NCBI GenBank assembly: GCA_003056265.1
Contig: NBVN01000007.1
Span: forward strand, 1-32,000
DNA length: 32,000 nt
Reading direction: 5' to 3'
Origin: Zestosphaera tikiterensis
GTDB taxonomy: Archaea > Thermoproteota > Thermoprotei_A > Sulfolobales > NBVN01
Positions 24,342 to 31,154 of the stretch are shown here, in pieces. The position numbers and the translations under genes are program-made. The notes beneath the pieces are model-generated. The model made no database searches, had not been told where the DNA came from, and worked only from the letters and a program-made list of their open reading frames with translations. Within the stretch, counting starts at the first letter, position 1; each line of letters starts with the position of its first letter.

Positions 24342-25204
24342 GGTCTCCCCCTCGAAAGTCTTCTCTCCCTCTTCAACATGTAGTATCTACGGTAAGCTGG
24401 CGCTACCACCATGTTTGCGAAAGTTCCTGAGACTTCTAGGGGGTATGTCCTCACGATTATTTTGTTGTCGTAAAGCACTCCTATAGCTTTAAAGTATTCA
24501 ACTTCAAACCTATCCCTTAAAGGTCTTAAAGACGCTATGAGTTTCTTAGCTTCACTCCACTCGGTTGGTTCTATCGTTGGTTTAGTAACTACCGTTCCAT
24601 CTCTTTTAACGTAGGCTAAAGGCGTTAGCAAACCAATCATCGTGGTGTAGCTTTTTGGAAGTCTTGAAGTTTTCTGCATTACGTAAAGTGAGCTTATACC
24701 TGACACAACTTTATGGGGGTAGGAAAACGCGTCTGATTCAAAACCTGCGAGTGATTTAAAATCAACTTTTTCAGCAACGTAAACCGCTACGTGTCTAATA
24801 AGCTCGTTGATTACGTCGGGTTTAAGCCTGATTTTACTTGGTGTTGTATTTACAACGTCGGCAAGCCTTAAGTCTTCCATAGATTTAAAGGCTGACCTAA
24901 CGTTATCGACCTCATCCGGTTCAAAACCCGGCACTTCATCCTCAGAAATTTCATATAGGTTCATATCCTTCTTTAGGAAGCCGTAGCTAGCCTTAGCTAA
25001 AGAATAAACAAGCACCTTCTCTAGGCTTTTAGAAGTGAAGGGAAGGAAGTAAATTAACCCAGCGAAAAACGAAGAAACGTCTACATGACCCTGCACAACA
25101 GCTTCAAGAGCTACATCAACTGTAATACCCGCAAACCTTCTTAAGGAAACCCATCTCTTATCTATATATCTATAATCCACGTAAACTGACAAATGCACCA
25201 CCAA
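24323..25204 (-). CDS. Hypothetical protein (293 aa), first gene of the operon
   Basis: ORF track. GTG start. TATA-like TTTATAAG lies about 30 nt upstream on the minus strand (plus-strand 25226-25240 region). No motif recognised. Confidence 0.65.
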   Translation of the reverse strand: MVVHLSVYVDYRYIDKRWVSLRRFAGITVDVALEAVVQGHVDVSSFFAGLIYFLPFTSKSLEKVLVYSLAKASYGFLKKDMNLYEISEDEVPGFEPDEVDNVRSAFKSMEDLRLADVVNTTPSKIRLKPDVINELIRHVAVYVAEKVDFKSLAGFESDAFSYPHKVVSGISSLYVMQKTSRLPKSYTTMIGLLTPLAYVKRDGTVVTKPTIEPTEWSEAKKLIASLRPLRDRFEVEYFKAIGVLYDNKIIVRTYPLEVSGTFANMVVAPAYRRYYMLKRERRLSRGRPWLNQQ

Positions 25205-25318
25205 TAAGTATTTCTTTTTCGTAGCTTATAAACTTTATATCTAGCTAGTCGTAAAACTCAAAGCAACGTCTTAATTAAACTTTATTTTAAGTAGATGAAG
25301 AAACAATGCCAAAACCCT

Positions 25319-25495
25319 TTATATTCTATTTATAAGGTATAATACATTGTTTAGTGCTCCAAGTTTGAAGTCGGCTCTATTATCTCTCCTTAGTACTTCG
25401 TCGAGTGTTCTGCTGAGGTCTTTTCTCAGCTTAATCTTCTCTATTCTTACTTTCTGTATCGCTCCATTTGGTAGGGAGTACTCGTATTCACGCAC
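25319..25495 (-). CDS. Possible small ORF (58 aa) between the operon promoter and the CRISPR array
   Basis: Own translation from a GTG: (M)REYEYSLPNGAIQKVRIEKIKLRKDLSRTLDEVLRRDNRADFKLGALNNVLYLINRI. AGGGAGAAGGAA lies directly upstream. It is below the ORF-track cutoff. Confidence 0.3.
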   Translation of the reverse strand: MREYEYSLPNGAIQKVRIEKIKLRKDLSRTLDEVLRRDNRADFKLGALNNVLYLINRI

Positions 25496-25516
25496 TTCCT
25501 TCTCCCTACCTAGGTG

Positions 25517-25910
25517 GTTATAGTTTTTCCCTCAATCTTCAGCTATTAGGACATGAAGTTGAAGTATAGACCTAATCGGATGCCACTCTTTCAGTCTTTT
25601 TCTATTGTTTCGATACCCGAGGTCTCTCAAAGCCCTCATAGTGTCGTAGATCAGCTGCGTCTTTCAGTCTTTTTCGATTGCTTCGGAGTATGAAGTGCTT
25701 GACTACGCCACGAAATACGTGGTGGGGGAGGACACCGCTTTCAGTCTTTTTCTATTACTTCCCTACTTCTTTCGTAGTCTTGAGGTTCTGCACTACGTGT
25801 TGCCTGAGCCATCTTTCAGTCTTTTTCTATTACTTCCCATATCCGCTTCTAATTTCGGCTTCGCCTTCCAGCCTAGACTCTAATACCTTTCAGTCTTTTT
25901 CTATTACTTC
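25517..25910 (-). CRISPR. CRISPR mini-array: five clear 24-nt repeats plus one heavily degenerate terminal repeat, with spacers of 49-53 nt
   Basis: Repeats start at 25588, 25661, 25738, 25813 and 25887. Plus-strand form is CTTTCAGTCTTTTTCTATTACTTC; transcribed-strand form is GAAGTAATAGAAAAAGACTGAAAG. The GAAAG 3' end sets the orientation to minus. The two low-coordinate repeats carry substitutions (TTGTTTC, CGATTGCTTC), and 25517-25540 is a decayed copy, consistent with a leader at the high-coordinate side. The spacers are unique. Confidence 0.85.
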
Positions 25911-26038
25911 AAGTTATTGTTTGACGTAGGAGTATTTAAATATTTCCGTGGTGGTTTTCGGAAAGACCATCAAACACCATCAGATGCCGACCATCACGTT
26001 GTCGGGTCGTAAACGTATGATTTATACTCCAGTTGTTA
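25911..26038 (-). promoter_or_regulatory. Putative CRISPR leader with a palindromic TATA-like box TATTTAAATA (25933-25942)
   Basis: A 128-nt unique sequence lies between the newest repeat (25887-25910) and an oppositely oriented solitary repeat (26039-26062). The TATA-like element lies about 23-32 nt from the first repeat. Confidence 0.45.
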
Positions 26039-26062
26039 GAAGCAATCATAAAAGACTGAAAG
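26039..26062 (+). repeat. Solitary CRISPR repeat in the opposite orientation (20 of 24 identical to consensus)
   Basis: GAAGCAATCATAAAAGACTGAAAG. No further repeat follows at the expected 73-77 nt spacing. Confidence 0.6.
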
Positions 26063-26184
26063 GAATCATCTAGTTAAATCGGATTAAGTCCGATTACCGG
26101 ACACTTCACGTGTGCTTTGATGGACACCCCCTATAACCCCCTATTTAAATACTGTCCGGTTACCGGATTAAGTGGGGTGAGTAC

Positions 26185-26346
26185 ATGACGAAAGGAGGAG
26201 AATCTATCTCTCCGCGGTTAATGCGTTCGGTTTACGCCACGTATAAAATCATATGCGGGCACGGCAGTATTAAGCTCGCAGATCTGGAAGTTCTGCAAGA
26301 ACCTCAAAAAACTTGTAACAGAAAGGCTGTTTTTCTACTTAAATAA
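26185..26346 (+). CDS. Possible small ORF (53 aa)
   Basis: Own translation: MTKGGESISPRLMRSVYATYKIICGHGSIKLADLEVLQEPQKTCNRKAVFLLK. GGGGTGAG lies 4 nt upstream, and TATTTAAATA (26142-26151) lies about 35-43 nt upstream. Confidence 0.3.
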   Translation: MTKGGESISPRLMRSVYATYKIICGHGSIKLADLEVLQEPQKTCNRKAVFLLK

Positions 26347-26361
26347 CTAAACTAATGTAAT

Positions 26362-26446
26362 TAGATTTTCTGGGTTTTAGGCATGAGAGTAAGCATACAC
26401 TCTAGTAGAGTGTAAATTTACACTTAGGAAGGATTAGCTTTTCGAG
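26362..26446 (-). repeat. Copy B of the ~85-bp repeat (inverted relative to 6415-6500)
   Basis: See copy A. Contains GTGTAAATTTACAC (26410-26423) and the TACACTCTA-C-TAGAGTGTA palindrome. Confidence 0.75.
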
Positions 26447-26671
26447 AGCAAGCCTGAAAAATCATTAAGGGTATTGCTTTTCCGTTGTTTCCCAACAGCC
26501 CCTAATACAGGAATATTAATGGTTTCATTATAACTGGGGTTAAAGGGGAAGCATTATAACGGGAATTATAGAGAAAACCACTATAACTCTAGTTAATATG
26601 CACGCGCTGAAGCCGCTTTTTAAACCCCTGCATATTATAGTGGGGGCGCGTTCACCCCAAGCTGGAGGTGA

Positions 26672-27700
26672 GTGAGGAGAGGTGGGGATGGGGTGTCCAC
26701 GCGGTTCGATGTTGGGAATTATGTAGGCGAGGGTGTGGGGAGGAGGACGCACGCGACTGAGGATCCGCTGGAAGAAGCGCGGAGGCTGTACAGGGAGAAG
26801 GGGATCAGCTACACGCTGTGGTGGTTCATCAGAGAGATATGGGCTAGGCGTAGGCACGCGGTAAAGTTCGAAGACCTATTCAGGTTGCACCAGTACATCG
26901 CAGGTGCCCGGAGTAAGAACTCAACTAGAAAGGCGCTGAAGCGGTTGGAGGAATACGGGCTGATAGAGAACCTAGGCGACGGGTACTACAAACCGCTTAT
27001 CATGGATCAGGCAATAGTCGAAGGTTCCATAGACTTTAGCAGAATTAGAACAAGGGATCAGGTGTTAAGGAATCGCAAGGACGCTGTTGAAACGTCCATG
27101 CAGCTGAAGGATATGCCTAGGGAGTTGATGCCTGTGGTTAAAGAAGCACAGAAGCTGATAGAGCGGGGCGATAAGTGGAAGGCGGTAGACCTAATAGCAC
27201 ACACGTTATTACCAATCCGCAAAACCGGAGTCCTTATAGCTAGGAAGGACGACCTGTTTTTATATTATGAGAGGAAGACGGATAAGATGCACATGATAAG
27301 GAGCTGGCGACTCACAGCACTACTAGACTTTCTAGGAATAAAAGATGAAGTACTAGTCGCACACAGACACAGCGAGGCCGACGGCATTATCCGCAAGTTA
27401 TTCGGTTCACACGACAACGCCCGGAGGCTACACTACTTACTAAAGGAGAGGGGCTGGTTCGAATACCCGGCTGAAAACTATTTCTATAGAATCTTCGAGA
27501 ACCCCATGACCCACGACTGGTGGATCTCGGTCTACAAGCTAAACAGAGAAACAGACAGAATGGAAGAAGACCTCAGAGTAGAGGTCGGCAGAAGCGCAAT
27601 CACGGGGATTCAGGTGAAGGCCGGCACAATAGTGACGAGGGAGCACATTAAAAAAGAGAATGAAGACACATATTTCCGCCGCACGAAGGGGTGGATCTAG
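26672..27700 (+). CDS. Hypothetical protein with an N-terminal winged-helix-like segment (342 aa); start codon uncertain
   Basis: NSTRKALKRLEEYGLIENLGDGYYKP is wHTH-like. The region is visibly more GC-rich than its flanks. The GTG start is very close to GGAGGTGA, so the true start may be a few codons downstream. Confidence 0.65.
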   Translation: MRRGGDGVSTRFDVGNYVGEGVGRRTHATEDPLEEARRLYREKGISYTLWWFIREIWARRRHAVKFEDLFRLHQYIAGARSKNSTRKALKRLEEYGLIENLGDGYYKPLIMDQAIVEGSIDFSRIRTRDQVLRNRKDAVETSMQLKDMPRELMPVVKEAQKLIERGDKWKAVDLIAHTLLPIRKTGVLIARKDDLFLYYERKTDKMHMIRSWRLTALLDFLGIKDEVLVAHRHSEADGIIRKLFGSHDNARRLHYLLKERGWFEYPAENYFYRIFENPMTHDWWISVYKLNRETDRMEEDLRVEVGRSAITGIQVKAGTIVTREHIKKENEDTYFRRTKGWI

Positions 27701-27997
27701 CTCTGAAGTGGCATAAAGAATGGAGTATCAGGCACTCCTTTCATTGTTTTAATGGGTTCTGAATTCCGGTTTGGACAATATCAGTATTCCTAATACTAGT
27801 ACTAGGGTTTGGAACATGGCAATGAACCCCGCTGGTAGATTCCCCGCAATAGCTTCAGAGATAGATTCAAAGTACTGAGCTTGATGTGAATCACTGCCGC
27901 CGTTAATCTGGGTACCGGGATCAGATTGCCTCCCAGATGATGAGATTGGCTTCACTATGCTCTGAGTATCTTAATAGTACTTGAGGTTCTGCTTGTC

Positions 27998-29002
27998 TTA
28001 GTGTACTGGTTTTCCTTTCTGCTCTTTGTCGGGGGTGCCGAGTTCTATCCTTGTGTGATACGTCATTAGCAAGGCTAGACGTAGCGGTAAAGGTGGGTGA
28101 GTATAGTAAAAGGGGTTTATAATCAGGTCTAGGATCCATTTTGGGAAGTTCCAGCTGTATTTCAGTAGTGTGTTATATATTTGCTTAGGCGTGGCTGAAG
28201 CAGTAATGACGTCTATTATCTCTTTTGCTTCCTTTATTTTTACGTTGTCTATGAATGATGAGTACCTTCTCAACGAACCATATACATAAGTTTTTATTAA
28301 TGCTGCCATAAAGGGTTGTAAACCAGACTTTAGAAGTGCTTCCCTATCGCACTCGTGCTCATTAACCCAGCTAATCACTGTTGCGGAGAGGGTTATGGCA
28401 GCTTCGGAAAACACTAAATATAGAATTGTTAACATAGATATAAGTGAAATTTCACGTAAGAGAGTTATCAGAAGGGCTATGCCTGTTACCGCATAAAGCC
28501 AAGAATAATCTATAAAAGACGTAAATAAACCAAGCTTACGATGCTTCGCATGACCCGATTCATGGTGTATAACTGCTTTGAGTTCTTCTTCGGAAAGCAC
28601 TTCTTTAAGACGGGAGGAAACACATATTATCTTGCCCCGATAGTCATACCAAGCATTTGCGACGTCGCTGCGACAAACGATATATTTAATTCCGTCTAAC
28701 TCCTCCTCTTTTCTTTCTAAGCACCTGAGGCTAAAACGCAACCTTATTGCACGTACCAATACTGCCATCACAAACAGTACAACTACTAATATTATGATCG
28801 ACTGTAGTACTAACAGCACGACGCATAAAAATAAGGCAAAAACAGCTACAGAAAACGCGATGGCTCTCTTCCTTGCTACCTGAGGATTACCGCCGAAAAC
28901 GTAACTTCGATAATGCTGTGATAATTCATAGAGAAAGAACAAGTACGCTATGGCTTGAGCGAAAGCAGCTACAGTTATGGATAACAGGTCGAGACTATCC
29001 AC
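27998..29002 (-). CDS. Membrane-embedded M48-family (HtpX/Ste24-like) zinc metallopeptidase
   Basis: Several TM helices. HExxH is present as IHHESGHAKH. A downstream Glu/Asp motif is NEHECDREA. The near-C-terminal THPPLPLRLALL matches the family's (S/T)HPPxxxR motif. GTG start. Confidence 0.85.
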   Translation of the reverse strand: MDSLDLLSITVAAFAQAIAYLFFLYELSQHYRSYVFGGNPQVARKRAIAFSVAVFALFLCVVLLVLQSIIILVVVLFVMAVLVRAIRLRFSLRCLERKEEELDGIKYIVCRSDVANAWYDYRGKIICVSSRLKEVLSEEELKAVIHHESGHAKHRKLGLFTSFIDYSWLYAVTGIALLITLLREISLISMLTILYLVFSEAAITLSATVISWVNEHECDREALLKSGLQPFMAALIKTYVYGSLRRYSSFIDNVKIKEAKEIIDVITASATPKQIYNTLLKYSWNFPKWILDLIINPFYYTHPPLPLRLALLMTYHTRIELGTPDKEQKGKPVH

Positions 29003-29506
29003 CCTATCACCTTTACCTGATTACTCAGGTTACTAGACGATACTACCACCTGCATGTTAATTACAGCACCGTAATCGACCCTCCCGCTTACCTCAAACTT
29101 AGTCTCACTCATGGTACCACGTGTTCTTGAAGGTTTCAAACATATATATGCGTGGTCATGCGTGAGGACGTCCCAAAATACACACCCATGGTTTGGCTAA
29201 AACAGTAAGAGTACCGCAAAACTAAAGACCTAACCGAAAAACAGTCCCGCAACCACCTTAAGAAAGTGCCGAAACGATACCGCACACCGTGAAATCAACG
29301 AATATAAAGTACGTATGTATGTGGTTCGTATACGACATAGAACTCGCTAAACCGCAACGCCATACCCTCCCTTCAGGTAGATGTAAATTTACACTTATGT
29401 ATGAAGCCGATCGCAAATCTCTTAAGCATGGAATTAAAACTGGCAGCAACATTTTGCGATATAGCTCAAATGTTGCAGATGCACCTACACCTAAGTGAAA
29501 CCATGC

Positions 29507-29526
29507 CTTTGATAAGCTTAACAAAA
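29507..29526. promoter_or_regulatory. CTTTGATAAGCTTAACAAAA motif copy, upstream of the methyltransferase operon
   Basis: A 19-mer identical to 2702-2720. It lies about 75 nt upstream of the ATG at 29602, followed by TTTATAAGCTTCTATAA. Confidence 0.45.
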
Positions 29527-29601
29527 TAAAGTTAAGTATGAGCTATGTAGCGACATGTTTATAAGCTTCTATAACACTATAGTATATAGGGGATTAGGCT
29601 T

Positions 29602-29937
29602 ATGGTGATAAGTGGTATAGGGTTATCTACACCAGAAGAGCCTAAAGACGTTAAGAACTTCATAAAGTCCGTAAGAGCAGGACTTGGCGAAAGTCCCAAT
29701 ATGGACTACGACTCTCTCGCTGTTTGGAGTTTCAATAGACTTCCCAAATATCTCTGGAAGCTCTGGGGGGATGAGTTGATAAAGAGGGGTATTACATGGC
29801 AGAAGTTTCTAAGGATTTTGAAGCTCCATACTATAGATATTGTAGAGTGGGCGTTAAGGGATTCACTAAGCTGGGAGGAGCTTGTTAAAAGGATCGAGAA
29901 GAGCATTGATAGTTATTCGAGGAGTGGGAATAGATAA
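29602..29937 (+). CDS. Hypothetical protein (111 aa) translationally coupled to the methyltransferase
   Basis: ORF track. Its stop TAA overlaps the methyltransferase ATG by 1 nt (TAATG). No HTH recognised, so a C-protein role is not supported. Confidence 0.6.
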   Translation: MVISGIGLSTPEEPKDVKNFIKSVRAGLGESPNMDYDSLAVWSFNRLPKYLWKLWGDELIKRGITWQKFLRILKLHTIDIVEWALRDSLSWEELVKRIEKSIDSYSRSGNR

Positions 29938-31154
29938 TGGGTTGTGCGTACCATGTAAAAGATATGCATTTAGTCAGACTGACTTACCCTGGAAAGATTA
30001 GCAAAGAGGAACTCTATAAAATAGTGCAACCTGCAGAATTAAAGGTCGTGAAGGAGTTTAGAGTAGGCAAGCCACTTATAGATGATGGTTGGAGAAACAT
30101 GCTGATACTAGGAGATAATCTTCCCGTTCTTAAAGCTCTTCTACAAGATGATAGAATTCGTGGAAAGGTTAGACTCATATACATAGATCCACCCTTCGGT
30201 ACAGGATCTATTTACCGCGGTAAGAGGCATATAAGTGCAAGCTCAGAGGATGAAATAGCTTATCAAGATATGTCGCTAAGCCCAGAATACCTAGAGTTCC
30301 TGCGAAGGAGATTAATATTTCTATACAATTTGTTAGCCGAAGATGGATCTATATATGTTCACATGGATGTAGATGCTATACACTATGTGAAGGTGTTAAT
30401 GGATGAAATATTCGGCATAGAGAATTTTGCAAATGATATAGCCAGAGTTAAATGTAACCCAAAAAACTTTGAGAGAAGAGCTTACGGGAATATTAGAGAT
30501 TCGATACTCTTTTACGCTAAGAACTATGGAAAAAATGTATGGAATGAGCCTAGAGAGCCTTATACAGAAGAGGAAATTGAGAGACTCTTTCCTAAAGTGG
30601 ATAAAGATGGCAGAAGATATACCACAGTACCTCTACACGCTCCTGGCGAAACAAAGAATGGCCCTACAGGTCAATCTTGGAGAGGGATCAAACCACCGCC
30701 TGGGAGGCATTGGAGATATCCTCCAGAAGTCCTAGATGAATTAGATAGAAGGGGTCTTATTGAGTGGAGTAGCACAGGCAACCCTAGACTTAAGATATAT
30801 GCTGATGAATACGTAAAGAGAGGTAAGAGAATACAAGATGTGTGGCTGAACTATAAGGATCCAGTCTATCCTGAATATCCTACAGAGAAAAACTTAGAAA
30901 TGGTTATGAAGATTGTTGAAGTGTCTAGTAATGTTGGAGATATTGTATTGGACGCATTCTGCGGCTCAGGCACCTTGGCTGTCGCAGCTGAGAAGCTAGG
31001 CAGGAAGTGGATATGTATAGACATTTCACCGCTTGCTATAGAGATAGGTTTGAAAAGAATATTGGAGCTCAAGACTTATAGACCCTTTGTACTAGTTAAT
31101 GCTACTGGTAGAGAGTTACCTGAAAGGCTGAGAAAGTTCCTCGAAGGTATCTAG
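29937..31154 (+). CDS. DNA methyltransferase, N6-adenine/N4-cytosine family, beta-class motif order
   Basis: The catalytic motif IV, IYIDPPFGTG, is near the N-terminus. The AdoMet motif I, LDAFCGSGTLAVAAEKLGRKWICIDISP, is near the C-terminus. Confidence 0.92.
   Translation: MGCAYHVKDMHLVRLTYPGKISKEELYKIVQPAELKVVKEFRVGKPLIDDGWRNMLILGDNLPVLKALLQDDRIRGKVRLIYIDPPFGTGSIYRGKRHISASSEDEIAYQDMSLSPEYLEFLRRRLIFLYNLLAEDGSIYVHMDVDAIHYVKVLMDEIFGIENFANDIARVKCNPKNFERRAYGNIRDSILFYAKNYGKNVWNEPREPYTEEEIERLFPKVDKDGRRYTTVPLHAPGETKNGPTGQSWRGIKPPPGRHWRYPPEVLDELDRRGLIEWSSTGNPRLKIYADEYVKRGKRIQDVWLNYKDPVYPEYPTEKNLEMVMKIVEVSSNVGDIVLDAFCGSGTLAVAAEKLGRKWICIDISPLAIEIGLKRILELKTYRPFVLVNATGRELPERLRKFLEGI

Noticed and set aside
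22288-25204. Search for cas genes (Cas7/Csa2, Cas5, Cas6, Csa1, Cas3 HD) among the ORFs adjacent to the array
   Set aside because: None of the four proteins shows the motifs I know for these families. The only recognisable one is a classic AAA+ ATPase, which is not a Cas component.
25678-25929. ORFs 25678-25929 and 25695-25883 from the six-frame track
   Set aside because: They read straight through CRISPR repeats and spacers. The repeated FSLFLLLP / LSVFFYYFP peptides are translations of the repeat. Not coding.
27749-28139. ORFs 27749-27955 and 27921-28139 (minus strand)
   Set aside because: The second overlaps the 3' end of the M48 peptidase gene out of frame. The first is short with no start context. 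I did not annotate either, although the 68-aa one has a hydrophobic tail and cannot be fully excluded.
29258-29524. Overlapping antisense ORF pair 29258-29524 (minus) and 29289-29498 (plus)
   Set aside because: They are mutually exclusive. The minus-strand start MLSLSK is created by the CTTTGATAAGCTTAACAA motif, the same artefact as at 2719. The region also contains the ATGTAAATTTACACTTA palindrome. I treat it as non-coding or regulatory.
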